From assembly GCA_964016885.1 (NCBI GenBank), contig CAXHJY010000892.1:34391-98390 (forward strand): 64,000 nt of DNA, read 5' to 3'. The notes below the pieces were generated by a model. The model was not told where the DNA came from and searched no databases. It saw only the letters and a program-made list of their open reading frames with translations. Each line of letters begins with the position of its first letter. The stretch's first letter is position 1. Source of the stretch: Eledone cirrhosa (taxonomy: Eukaryota). Both the position numbers and the translations under genes were made by a program. This document shows, piece after piece, positions 1 through 12,569 of this stretch.

Positions 1-189
1 TCAGAGTGAAAGAATTAATGTTGGATTTTGTAATGAGTAAAGAACTGTTCCAAAATAATGCCTTCCTCATCTCTTGAGATTTATATTTTGTCAATTTTTA
101 AAATAATTCCTGAAATCATTCATTAAGAAATAAATGACAGGCCAGCAAACCACAACAATCTATGAAATTATACAATAGCTTTAGGAGAC

Positions 190-380
190 TGAAGGAAAAT
201 ATTGGACTGGACCACAAACCAGCGTAGCAGACTGAATAAAAGTAAAGGACTGGACGATTAACCAGCCTAGGAAACTGAATAATAATAATTGACTGAATGA
301 TAAACCAGCTTAGTAAACTAAATATTAATAATGGACTTGACTATAAACCAACCCAGTAAACTAAATGTAAATAATGGACA
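190..380. repeat. Degenerate ~42-bp minisatellite, about 4 copies
   Basis: Recurring motif 'ggactg..a.aaaccagc.tag.aaact.aat'. Confidence 0.6.
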
Positions 381-854
381 GGTCCACATATCCACAAAGG
401 AGAACAATAAATATATATGTGTAAGGAACAGTAAACTTGAGGATTTCAGATGTCTTTATCATGAGTTTAATTTTCTCTCTCTCTCATATATATATATGGT
501 GTGTGTGTGTTTGTTTTGAACAATTAAAATAAAACAAAGGTGAAGATAGGTTCTTATTTAGTTTGTTGTTTTACGATCATAGTAAATCGATATATTCATC
601 AGAAGCAATCTGATTGTTTCTGAGGAAGACATGGAGATGGATCTAGGATATCATGACTAGTCATATGTGCTGGTATAGCCATTGTCAATTAGTCAATATA
701 TCGATTTACCATAATCAATCATCAACCTTCTGAAACAATTGTAAAACTATGAACTAATTAAGAACCTATCTTTACCTTTTGTTTTATTTTCATTGATCAA
801 AACAGATATATATATATGACTTTGTAGTTCATTTAGAATCTACAATAGAATTTT

Positions 855-890
855 AGATGATGAAAGTCCTCCTACTAAAACAATGTCTCT
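855..890 (+). ncRNA. Degenerate minimal hammerhead-like remnant
   Basis: aga-TGATGA-a-agt..act-aAAA-caatg-TC-tct. Stems I, II and III can be drawn, but C3 is missing and GAAA reads AAAA. Confidence 0.3.
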
Positions 891-1026
891 TGCTGCATGA
901 GCTCATTGAAATTATCTCTTCAAGACTGCATGGAGTTCTAACAACAATATATATATATATAAATTTTGTTGTACACACTCTACTAATGTATTGAGTACCT
1001 TACTTACTTTGGTTACTCCCAATATA

Positions 1027-2552
1027 TCATCATCATCATTTTACGTCCGCTTTTCCCTGCTTGCAAGGGTTGGACAGGTCCTATTCAGCACAGCATCTCT
1101 CCACTTGTCACGGTCCTTCGTCATCTCCTCGGTGAGTTACTGCGATCTGAGGTCTGCTCTCACCACCTCCTCCCATGTTTTTCGTAGTCTACCTCTACAG
1201 CGTCTTCCCTCAACTGGGACTTCCTGGCACTTCTTCACCCATCGGTCATCCTCCATGCGCATCACATGTCCATACCATCTCAGTCTTCTTTCCTGCACAC
1301 CACAACTTATCCTTCTTATACCCAATTTCTTTCTCAACTTGTCTATGCTTGGTTGTTCACTCACATTGACATTGCCCATCCAACGGAACATACTTGCTTC
1401 ATTTCTCTCCAGCCGTCACATATCTTCTGCAGTTGCTGCCCATGTCTCACTACCATGTAGCATCGCGTATCTCACACAGGCATCATACAACTGTCTCTTC
1501 GTATGCAGGGAGAAACCTTTCTTTGTCAACAGAGGAAGCAGCTCCCTAAACTTCTTCCAACCCGTCCTTATGCTAGATACTAAGGCCTCGGAACACCCCT
1601 CCCATACTAATCTGATCACCTAGGTACTGGAAGCTATCAACCACTTCTATAGAACCCACCTGCATTGGAAAAATGAGTCTATCACAGCGATTACTACTGC
1701 CAAATTTCTCTGTACGTCTACTGCATACGTAGTTTTCCCTACCTGTTAGTTTGCCTGCTATACCACTACATCTCTTGTGTACCCAAGATCTGCATTGCGT
1801 ACATTTTATGGAATTTATGCCAGTTCCTTTCCTACATATCGAACATGGCCATTTCCCTGATGGAATCAGAGTGTTGTCCTCTCTTCTACTTATCAACACT
1901 TTTGTTTTAGCTATGTTCTCTCTCAAGCCTCTTGATTCCAAGTGCTGTTCCATAGCCAGAATTTATTGTCTAGCTCCTCTACTGATTCTGCTATAAAAAC
2001 CAGATCATCAACATAGAGAAGTTCCCATGGGCATCCAGTCTTAAACTCCTCTGTTATGGCTTGGAGGACTATAATGAACAAGAGTGGGCTGAGGACAGAA
2101 CCTATCAAAGGCCTTCTCTAGGTCAACAAAAGCTAAGTATAGTAGCTTATTCTTCTCTAAGAACCTCTCTTGTAGTTGCCTCACTTTGAAGAGGGCATCT
2201 GTTGAAATTTTTCGAGGCACAAAATCAAACTGCATCTCATATCTAGAATTCCTCACTAAACTCCATTCCTATTCTCACTTTACTGACATCCCCCCTGTAC
2301 ATAGCTTGCACTGTCCTCACAAGCCATTCCTCTACACTTAGTTTCCTTAGAGACCATCAGATGACAGATCAGGGTACCCTATCAAAGGCCTTCTCTAGGT
2401 CAACAAAAGCTAAGTATAGTGGCTTATTCTTCTCTAAGAACCTCTCTTGTAGTTGCCTCACTTTGAAGAGGGCATCTGTTGAACTTTTTCGAGGCACAAA
2501 ATCAAACTGCATCTCATCTAAATTGACTCTTTCTCTAATCAGTTGCGCTAAT
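1027..2552 (-). mobile_element. 5'-truncated decayed RTE LINE (short-3'UTR subfamily) with internal duplication
   Basis: ORF pieces LAFVDLEKAFD, GSVLSPLLF, LYVDD, WPCSICRKG..WVHKRC and RRLRWYGHV. (GAT)n tail at 1027. Bases ~2101-2245 duplicate ~2378-2520. Confidence 0.92.
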
Positions 2553-2780
2553 GAAGATTATAAAGGGGTTGGTTCATATTGACTACAGGTACGCTTGTGG
2601 CCACTCCAGTGAATGTTGGATAGGCAGGCATGGCTGCAGTGGCTGCAGCTAAAGGTTTGGTTAGGGTTTAATATGACTTGGTGTTGTGGCTTTTCCTACT
2701 GTGCTTTTTGTCTATGGATGTTTTTGAAGGTGGAAACAGCATGGTTGATGTTCAGGTACTAGGCATCATGGCTCTCAGCT

Positions 2781-3100
2781 AGAATAATACAGGATTCAAA
2801 GTATTGTGCATTTACAAAAACATAAGCTTGTGTATATACTTTTTATACATGAGAAATAAAGAGTTATGAGCGTTTTTCACAAATATGTTAAAATGCATTA
2901 ATTGGTTATAACCAATTAACAGCTTTAATGTATTTTAACATATTTGTGAAAAATGCTCATAAATCTTTATTTTATATGTCATCATCCTCACCGTTTAACA
3001 TCTACCTTCCACGCTAGCATGGGTTTAGACAGGTATAAAAAGTATATACACAAGCTTTTGCTTTTGTAAATGCGCAATACTTTTAATCCTGTATTATTCT
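2781..3100. repeat. Imperfect fold-back inverted repeat interrupted by a ~55-bp RTE 3' end (about 2980-3033)
   Basis: agaataatacaggatt... pairs with ...aatcctgtattattct. Apex at 'aattggttataaccaatt', ~2910. Confidence 0.85.
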
Positions 3101-3619
3101 TGATTAGTTTTATGATTTTAATCAATTTATTGTTATTTTTTATTATATTTCTTGAAGAGATACAGCTTTAAGTAGAGCACCTATAATGGAGTTACTTAAC
3201 TGATAATATCTGGGGTTTTTTCTCTACAATTGATGAAATACTCTTGCCGCATTAAAACACTCCATTGAAACGAAAGTGCAGCCTAAAGCCACTCAACTTC
3301 AAAAGCTCAACAAAAAACAAGAGAAAATGTTAGGAGCCAAAATTAAAATGAAAAAGGGAGTTAAAAACTCGCGTTAATACCCTATAATTTATAAGCTCAA
3401 AGTATGAAACCTAGGCTCTTTACAATATAATATATAGAAATAAACACACACAGAAGTGTGTTTAGAATTACATGGGTTGAAAAGCCACTTTGATGCAATG
3501 CATATAATCTATGAACAAACGGAAAATACATAATAACCGGAAAAGATGAATTAAAATGTCTATATATACATATATTTTGCAAATTTAAAGAAGGCCTTAG
3601 GGTTTGTTTTTATATTTTC

Positions 3620-4060
3620 TATGATACTGGCCTCTCTCTCTGCCCTCTCCTTTTCATGGGAAAGTTTAAGTGTAGTTTCAATTTCAAGCAGTGCCTGTTT
3701 CAAATGGGGTTCTTTCTTGTTCTTCTGTTGTGCATCTACCAGGTTTGAGATCTTTGTTCTTCATCTCATGAGGATTTTCCTGTCTCTGGGAATAAAAATG
3801 TTGTCTCTGTTGGCCTTTTCTTCCAGGATAAATTTACAGCATATGTTTTGTATTGTCATGAAATATTGAAATTGCATGTTGGTGTCTTGCATCATCTTTA
3901 CGTTATGGATGAGCACCATGTTATTTGTAAAGCAGAGATCCAGGACATTCTCTTCTCTTGTTGGGTGTAGTACTACATGTTCTATAAACAGCCTTCTTCC
4001 ATTTTCTGAGGCTATCTTCAAACTTACCTTCATGACTAGGGGTATTTGGTAGCTGATATG
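3620..4060 (-). mobile_element. Decayed non-RTE LINE (CR1/L2-like) endonuclease fragment
   Basis: VVLHPTREENVLDLCFTNN matches the APE C-terminal PTR...LDL..TN motif. Confidence 0.6.
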
Positions 4061-4099
4061 TGACACATATTAACCATTTTGATTTGCTTTAAATATACC

Positions 4100-4270
4100 A
4101 CTGCAAAGTGGTCGTGGAGGTGCCGCGGCAAAAAAGCACCCAGCACTCACTGTAAATAACGTTGGTGTTAGGAAAGGCATCCAGCTGTAGAAATCAAGCC
4201 AGCATCAGTTCCCGTCCCACCCTTGCAAGCAGGGAAAAAACGGACGTAAAAATGAAATGATGATGAAATG
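4100..4270 (+). mobile_element. RTE 3'UTR fragment
   Basis: gttggtgttaggaaaggcatccagctgtagaaa, terminal hairpin and (tga)n tail. Confidence 0.85.
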
Positions 4271-4697
4271 ATACTATTAGCATGTCGCAGACCAAGTTGG
4301 AATGTGACAACGATATCTTCAGGGTGTACAAAGCAACTCTACCATGACTTCTCTTCATCCAGTCAGTGCAAAATACAATTTACTTTGGTATGTGTATTTC
4401 TGCATCTGCTATGCTAGCTCTCAGGTGAGGCCTCTGACATTTAGTAGTAGCACTGATGTGACATTTTGGGTGGCTGCTGATATGGCATTTGTGTGGGTAT
4501 CAGTGGTAGCCACCCTGGGTCCTTTATTTGTGGTGGTTACACATGTATATTAAGTAAGGAGAGTCCAGCACAACCAGAAGCCTTTTTGAACATTATATTC
4601 ATTTGTGAATATGACCATCACACTTTATATTTATGATTCAAAGTAATCATATTCTTTTTCCTTTTTGCTGAAGTGAAGTAAAGTTATATATCTAACC

Positions 4698-5880
4698 AGA
4701 ATTACAGAGGAGCTTAAGAGCAGCTGCCCATGAGAACTTCTGTATGCGGATGATCTTACGCTCATAGCTGAATCCATGGTTGAACTAGAGAAGAAATTCC
4801 AAACATGGAAGCAGGGCCTAGAAAGAAGGGGTCTCAAAGTCAACCTGACAAAGACTAAGGTCCTAGTAAGTAGAAAAGAAAACAGAACCCAAATCTCCTC
4901 AGGGAAATGACCTTGTTTAGTATGTAGGAAAGGTGTTGGTAGAAATTCCATCCTCTATCCCATATGCAAAATGTGGGTACACAAGAGATGTAGTGGGATC
5001 ACAGGAAGTTTAGCTAAGAATGTAGGCTTTACATGTAGCAGTTACACTGGAACAGTAATCAGTAAAGGACTGCAGGAAACAAGCACTACCAAATTCTCGG
5101 AGGGCTCTGTAGAAATAGTAGATAGCTTCTGCTTCTTAGGTGACCGAATTAGCAGCAGTGGTGAGTGTTCTGAAAGTACAGTAGCCAGAGTAAGAACGGG
5201 ATGGAGGAAGTTGAGGGAGCTACTACCACTGCTAGCTACAAAAGGCTTCTCCCTCATAATGAAAGGCAGACTGTATGATGCATGTGTATGTACAGCTATG
5301 TTACATGGTAGTAAGACTTGGATGCTGTGTGCAGAAGGCTTGCATAGATTGGAAAGAAAAGAAGCCTGCATACTCCGATGGATGTGTAATAGTAATATAT
5401 GAGAACGGCAAAGCATAAATGAACTGAGAGAGGAACTAAGCATAAGAGGAATCAAATGCTGTGTGCAGGAGAGGAGATTGCATTGGTATGAACATGTATT
5501 GTGAATGAAGGATGACAGCTACATAAAAAAAGTGCAGAGCGCTCAAAGTCGCTGGAAGCCTTGGAGTGGGGAGACCCAGGAAGACCTGGGATGAGGTGAT
5601 AAAAGCCGATCTTGCCCAATTGCACCTCTTAAAGGTGATGACACATGACCGGGATCTCTGGCAATATGCAGTAATACAGAAGACCTGACTTCCCATGAGC
5701 ACAAGATGAAGCATATGTACAGTATGCCCAACCCCCCAGCCCACACTATAAAGTGGACGTGTAAAAGACACGGCAAAACACAGCCAACCCACACTGTAAA
5801 GTGGATGTGCAAAAGACATGGCAAAAAAAGCACTCAACCCACACTGTAAAGTGGATGTGTAAAAGACATGGCAATGACTC
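4698..5880 (+). mobile_element. 5'-truncated decayed RTE LINE
   Basis: YADD codons at ~4743, WVHKRC, SFCFLG and KGRLYDAC. Three copies of the ~45-bp 3'UTR repeat at 5735-5875. Confidence 0.92.
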
Positions 5881-6806
5881 CCATGACTACTATGATGTAT
5901 TATGTCACTCATCCTTTACCTAAATTCTTTTACTTTCTATGTCTCTGATACATTATACTTTCCATTAAATAATCCTTCGCATATTTACCATTAACTATAT
6001 AGATATATTTGTCTTATTAATTGCCCCACCTATGCCTTGGGATACATTCGCTATATAATATACAATAGTGTCTTCATATTATGGTGATAGCCTGGTTTGA
6101 ATGTATGTACCTTGCCTATGTGGATTACATCCAGTATGATTATGGGACTGACTGGCGCATGGAACCTAGGGACAGCTGGGGATTGTGTATAGTTTTTCCT
6201 ATCTCATTCTATCCTATGTAGCTTCAATTTTGATACTACTCGACTTTAGCACTAACTTCACTAGAATGGATGGCTACAAATACATGGCATGTTACAACAC
6301 TGGCTGGCTATGGGTACCCTTCTTGCTGCACTCGGGGCAACAGGATCTGTCCACCACCTAGAGTGCTTGGAAATAAACTAAATTTCCCTTTCTTATGGTA
6401 AACCGTAATTACTTGGAACGGTTGGTGACCTTTGGGCCCTGTTTGGGGGGGGGGGGGGGGAGTCACCTTTCTCAGTTGTTGTTAACCGCCATACCTTACT
6501 ACTATCGTAATTTAATTTAATATAACATTGAATTATGAGGAGAATCCGAAGCAGATAGCAACTGAACTTAGCTTAACTAACAGTGTGTTATTTGTCTTAT
6601 TAGGTCCCTGATTTACACAACTCTATAATTGGAATCATTAATGTAACTGGTCTACTTATTTAAATACTCAGTTTTAATCTTCAATTCTTAAAATTACAAA
6701 AGATTGTCATGCAAAAAATTCCAATTGATCTTTATGTTATATATATCTAGCTTGTCACCCTTCTAATTTGTGAATGTAAATGTGTGTCATCTAATTTCTC
6801 ATTCTT

Positions 6807-6842
6807 TCTTCTGATGCAAGACTAGCGTCCAAAACGTTAAGA
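6807..6842 (+). ncRNA. Degenerate hammerhead-like remnant (probable Penelope pLTR relic)
   Basis: tctt-CTGATGc-aa-gac-tagc-gtc-c-aAAA-cg-TT-aaga. Stems I and II are present, with two core substitutions. Confidence 0.4.
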
Positions 6843-7799
6843 CCCTCTTCCTGTTATTTCAAGCATTAAACTAATATATTCCTTCCATATACTGTACCGT
6901 TTGTGTTGTTATTTCTGTTTACCTTTTACATACATATGTATGTGTGTGTCTGTGTATATTTATATATATGTGTGTGTGTGTCTCCGTCTGTCTGTAAAGC
7001 TTGTTTGGTGATATTTGATATTTTCTACCAATAAAACCTTTTACAAAGGTTGTATGTTGTACAGCAAGGTATCTAATGAGTTATCACAATTAACAATAAT
7101 TTATAATGTGCTGCTCAAGCATGGCCATAACTGTCAAAGTGATGGTGGAAATAATGTTGATGATCGTGGAGGTGGTAGTAATGATGTTGATAATTGTGGT
7201 GGTGATGAAGCTGATGATGATGATTGTAGTGGGGGTGGTGATGGTGGTGGTGTTTTAGTGGTAGGGATAGTGACTATGGTGGAGGCAATGATGATTACGA
7301 TGTTGGTTGTGTAATGGTGGTGGTGATGATGATGATGATGGAAGTGATGTTGGTGATGAGTAAAGTGTATGTTTTTAGATAGAATCAATTTGTATGCTCT
7401 GTGGTCTGTTATGTAATGTTTCTCCAACGCTAATGGGGTGTCTGTCTGGTTATCTATCTTTTGTGGTGGTGGATCTAATAAATTTGGCTGGTGATGGGTT
7501 CACTTCTGGAACTTGTTTGAACTGCCAGAATTAGGGCCTGTTTCAGTAGTAGGCTTTGGATGTAGTGAGAGAGAAGGAAGGAGGAAAGTTGGGTTTGGGA
7601 GAAATATTGAAAAAAATAGATTTTTAAGTGACGAAAAGAAAAAGAGAAAAGGGGGTTGTTGTATCACTGATGTTTTGTGTATATATATATGTATATAGGA
7701 GCATTGTTTGATCTTTGTCAGTTCTGATAACTAGTGTTCCAGTCTAGATGATGTAATCAACAGAACTACCTGCGGTGGAAATTAGTATGTATTCATGGT

Positions 7800-7975
7800 T
7801 CCACACTGTAAATGTGGTTAGTGTTAGGAAGGTCATCCAGCTGTAGAAAACCTGCCAGATAGTCCTATACGAGCAAGACACGGTCACCCGACCAATCTTG
7901 CCTCAAGTGGGATAATTCCATCTAGCCCATGCTAGCGTGAAAGATAGACATTAAATGATGATGATGATGATGATG
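7800..7975 (+). mobile_element. RTE 3' end fragment
   Basis: tgttaggaaggtcatccagctgtagaaaa, cccatgctagcgtg hairpin and (gat)n tail. Confidence 0.85.
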
Positions 7976-7992
7976 TCACTGAGCATTCAACA

Positions 7993-8216
7993 GTATTTAG
8001 TATTTACATTACTCTATATATACTATTGTATTTTCACAGTAAAGGCTTTATCTTACATAATTATCTCACATAGTATTGAATCTGAGATTTTGATATTATT
8101 CATTTTGAGAACAATACCTTAACGTCATTATGAGTGGCTAGTTATGACCAGTTTGAACAGAAAGAGGTGAGAGAATTCTCGCCAGATACGGTCGGTTTAA
8201 ATGCTAAAGGGTTAAC
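7993..8216. mobile_element. piggyBac-type MITE (same family as 21887-22327, opposite orientation)
   Basis: Ends in aaagggTTAA. Internal sequence is the reverse complement of the 21887-22327 copy. Confidence 0.65.
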
Positions 8217-8324
8217 GTAGTTTTCAGTGAGATTCAGCAAGACAAAATATGACAAAGCTGGCCTCTTGAATTACACTAACTACTATGTAGTAATTGGTTG
8301 TTGTAGCAAAGTCATGAATTATCT

Positions 8325-8552
8325 TTTGCAGAATTGCTAACGAGTTGGACAAAATGCTTTGTAACATTTGTTCTACCTATTTACATTCTGAGTTAAATCT
8401 TACCTAAGTCAATTTTACTTCCATGCCTAAGCCAATTTTTAACTTTTATCCTTCCATGGTCAATAAAATAATGTATCAGTCAAGCACTGTGGTTGATGTA
8501 ACCAGCTTTCCACTCCCCCAAATTACTGGACTTGTGCCTCAATTAGAAACAT
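8325..8552 (+). mobile_element. Decayed Nin-domain tRNA-derived SINE
   Basis: ttttatccttccatggtcaataaaataatgtatcag and a cttgtgcctcaattagaaac tail, as in the 23851 copy. Confidence 0.6.
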
Positions 8553-9422
8553 TTAAATCCCTTTTATAGCATATTGACCTGAATCGGCTCTGGTACTATA
8601 ATAGTAAAACTACTCATTTTTAAATGTTTCTATTTAACTCTTAACATCCTATAATGGTTTAGAAGAAAACATTTCAAAACGGGTTTATGAATTCAAATAT
8701 TTTAGTACTTGTGAAAATTTGCAATAAACTAAGGTAAAGACTTCAATTTTTAATGTGATGATGCAGTCATAGTGTTTTGTACTTTTCTAGAGTGCTAATG
8801 TGATGTCATGCAATACTGACGTTAAGAGTTAAATTTAAATCTTCCAACATAATTTGATATAAGTATCTTTCAAGTTATTGTACATTTATCATTATAACAA
8901 TGAAATGATAAATGATTTTAATAAATCCTTCCAAATTCTTAATTAATTAATTAATTCAAAAACAGTTTATACCATTAGGAATATGGGAATAAAATAGTTA
9001 AAAACCCTAGTCATTATCAAATTCTCTATCTATCCAGGTTGGGTGGAAAGTAGAAGAGGAGGGGGATAATGAAAGAAGATGGGAGTGGAAGAGGAGTGGT
9101 GAGTAATGATAGGCTGTGGGAATAGAAGTTAGAAGGGCAGGAGGGAGCTATAGTTTGTTAAGTCTCATTCCACCAGAATTTGTTTCAAAGAGGCCAAAGA
9201 TAACAGCGACAGACATGGCATTGAATTTGAAACCAACCAGAATCACTACTACCACCACCTCAACCAGCACTATTACTACAACACTGACACACCACCATGT
9301 CCTTCAAAATTCCAGCCCTATCAGCCAAACAACAACCAACCAGCTCCAGTTGCTGGTATGGGGTGATGGACATCATCAGGCTACAGCTCTTGAATTAGGT
9401 AGTTTCTATATTATTCTTTCTT

Positions 9423-9590
<168 letters not shown>

Positions 9591-10087
9591 TTAACGAAGT
9601 AGTTGTTAGAATGATTATAACAAAGTTGTAGTAGTTGTTAGAATGATTATAACAAAGTTGTTAGATGAAATAACAAGAATGGCCGTTTTACTTCATATAT
9701 AAAGGTTTACTTCACTTCAGTCAAAAAGAACAATAAACAAGTAACCACGAGTTGCGGGGTTGACAATGTTATTTTGTTGTTGGTTCATGAGGCTGTTGTA
9801 GTCTGAGACCATAGTGAGTGAGAGAGAGTAATGGTCTGTAGTTGACTGTAGACCACTGTGGCCTGTAGATAGCGGTGAATCTTTCACATAGCTGGTCTGT
9901 ATCGTGGTGCTCCGATCTCTGTGTGTCTAAGGTGGGAAAATATAGGCTTTATATACCTGCTGCTTTCTGTCTCCCACCTTGAGGGGATAGCCCATGCATT
10001 AACCTGTTCACACCAAAAAGGGTGGTGACCTAGAGTTTGACCTTTAGGTGTCACCCAAAGTTCAAGGTGTGGACAGATTTTGCTACA
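9591..10087 (-). mobile_element. Candidate solo LTR
   Basis: On the minus strand it starts TGTAGC, has a TATAAAAG box and an AGTAAA, and is flanked by (TA)n on both sides. A 32-bp tandem duplication lies near its end. The terminal CA is not clean. Confidence 0.35.
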
Positions 10088-10735
10088 TATATATCATCAA
10101 CATTCTTTTACAACTACTTTCCATTCTGGTATAGATTGGATGAGTCATCATGGTCTGAGGCTAGATGGGTTGGAGAACCATATCTTGTTGTACATTCCAA
10201 TTTGGCATACTTTCTATAGCTGGATATCCTTCCTGACAGCAGCCACTGTATATTCATATATATTATTGTTTTCAATCTCCCTTCCATATAAATTTGTTTT
10301 GTTAGATCTTCATTGGTTCCAGTGATGAGTGTTCTAGTTGTTTGGTTAATGGAACAGCCTGCTCATGAAATTAGCATGCAAATGGCTGAGCATTCTACAA
10401 ACATATATACTCCTAACACAATTCACTGAGAAATTCAGTATGACACAGTGTGTGAAAAAGCTAGCTCTTTGTATTACAGGTACAACTCATTTTTGCCAGC
10501 TGAGTGGAGCAATGTGTACTAAAGTTCATTGTTTAAAGCCACAATATGTGGACAGGAATTGAACTCAACCTTACAATCATGAGCCGAACTCCCTAAACTC
10601 ACAGAAATATGCTGTCACCCCATATATATATACACACATATTAATTAGAGTATGTGTTAGTTTATCACGAACACTTTAGTATGCAGGGTAGAATACTGAA
10701 CAAAATACACAAGTGGGTCTGTTTACTCCGGAGTA

Positions 10736-11197
10736 TATTTATAATCATGAAGTACAAGTCAACAGGTTATAATTCACTTGATTTATTCATAATTGGTGTT
10801 ATATATATTTCAGTGATAACTGTTAGGCAACAGCTATGACCTCATCAGACAGCTAGAAGTTGAACAGAAAAAACAGAAAGAAGAAATAAAGCTTAGCTCT
10901 GTTGTTTCAAGTCATTGATATGCTCTGGGCTGGTATTTGGTGTTATTTTCTCAAAGCACCAGTAACATATGTCACTGGTGCTTTGAGAAAGTAACACCAA
11001 ATACCAGCCCGGGACTTATCAAAGAATGGAAACAACAGAACTAAGCTTTTCTTCTTCTTTGTTTTTCTGTTCAACTTCTAGCTGTCTGATTAGGTCATAA
11101 CTGTTGCCTAACGGTTATCACCAAAATATATATAACAGTGATTATGAATAAATGAAGTGAATTATTGTATATTACTTGTACTTCATGATTATAAATA
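10736..11197. repeat. Spacerless ~230-bp-arm fold-back carrying a hammerhead in each arm (PLE pLTR-derived)
   Basis: Apex catatg at 10966-10971. The arms align end to end with scattered mismatches. Confidence 0.92.
10796..10853 (-). ncRNA. Minimal type I hammerhead ribozyme
   Basis: Minus strand: ctgt-CTGATGA-ggtcatagctgtt-gcct-aacagttatcact-GAAA-tatata-TA-aca. The mirror copy at 11081-11139(+) has mutated cores (CTGATTA, aAAA). Confidence 0.8.
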
Positions 11198-11489
11198 TTA
11201 CAAAGGGAGACAGAAAAAGATGGTAGTTACAATACTGGACATGTTTTTTGATCCAGGCACTGAGTGGAGGGAAGGGGGAGAGAAAGCCCAACTGTTGTTG
11301 TTGATCTTGACCTGAGTATGTTGGTGTGTATATACATTTGTGAATTAATTAGTTATGTTTTTAAGTTATCTGCCTAATTATGATGATATCTGTGCAAGCC
11401 CAACAGATTTAAAGGTTATTCCAATTCAACATTTATATTGCTAAACACTCAGGTATTAATGTGCATATGGATGGGCTAAAAACAACAAT

Positions 11490-12182
11490 ATGCAATTTAT
11501 TGCAGGTAAGTTTCAAGCCCTCTGCTATCAACCCACAAACATAGAACCACCACAACAAATGCACACTGGACCAGGAGGAATTGAAATCCCTGAGTCAAAA
11601 TCCATTGGGGACGTAGGAAAAAGGGAAGTTTATGGGAGGGGAGATAGTAGGGAATGGTGTTGCCTACTAGGAATATGCCCCAGCCCAAGAATAAGATGGC
11701 AGGTCTTTTGTAATACTTCATAGCGCCAGAGGTCACTGTCCTGAGTCATCGCCTTAGTGAGGTGTAATTGAGCAATGAAAATGGCACACTCCAAGATAAT
11801 ACCAAAACCATGGGTGAGATACTGCAGAAACTATACTGCTCTGTTTTCAGCAATCCTGATATGACTGATCTAGGATGTATCAGTGATGTTAATCCCCAAC
11901 ACACTCTATCAGACATAACGTTTGGTGCCCCAGATGTCTTAGCGTCAATAAACAAAATTAAACACAATCCAGCAGTAGGCCCCGATAGGTTCCCTGCTTG
12001 TGTCCTGCAGGTGTGTTGACACTAACTTGGATCTCCTCTTGCAAATTTGTGGAGAAACTCACTGGATGCTGGCTATAATCCTGAAAACAGTCTGTCCCAG
12101 TTTTCAAAAAGGGAAACAAATCCCTGCAGTGAACTACCATCCGGTCTCACTCACCTCTCTTATCATCAAAGTTTTTGAGCAA
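11490..12182 (+). mobile_element. Decayed CR1-like LINE fragment (N-terminal to RT)
   Basis: INKIKHNPAVGPDRFPACVL and KGKQIPAVNYHPVSLTSLIIKVFE. Confidence 0.75.
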
Positions 12183-12199
12183 TAAAAAATCACATGCCT

Positions 12200-12273
12200 G
12201 TGTCAGCAAACCCATAAAAACTAAATCCTTAAGGGATTTTCAAACCCCAGGCAACGCCGGGTAAATCTGCTAG
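12200..12273 (+). mobile_element. Helitron-type 3' terminus
   Basis: Hairpin ccc(a)ggcaacgccggg followed 8 nt later by CTAG|T, the canonical rolling-circle element end. Confidence 0.65.
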
Positions 12274-12465
12274 TATATATATATATGTATATATATATAT
12301 GCATATATTTGTATATATATATGTATATATATATATATGCATATATTTGTATATATATTTGTATATATATGCATATATTTGTATATATATTTGTATATAT
12401 ATGTATATATTTGTATATATATATATATATGTATATATTTGTATATATATATATATGTATATATT

Positions 12466-12513
<48 letters not shown>

Positions 12514-12514
12514 C

Positions 12515-12562
<48 letters not shown>

Positions 12563-12569
12563 GTATATA
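12274..12569. repeat. (TA)n-derived compound microsatellite
   Basis: TA run with gcat/tttg variants. Confidence 0.95.

Noticed and set aside
991-1623. 210-aa plus-strand ORF and similar recurrent antisense ORFs (e.g. 38323-38952)
   Set aside because: Antisense shadows of RTE coding sequence with no independent motifs.
6250-6350. LAMGTLLAA as a PLE RT motif
   Set aside because: Too short and degenerate to support.
7015-7427. Gly/Asp-rich and His/Pro-rich ORFs
   Set aside because: Degenerate (GGT/GAT)n low-complexity sequence.
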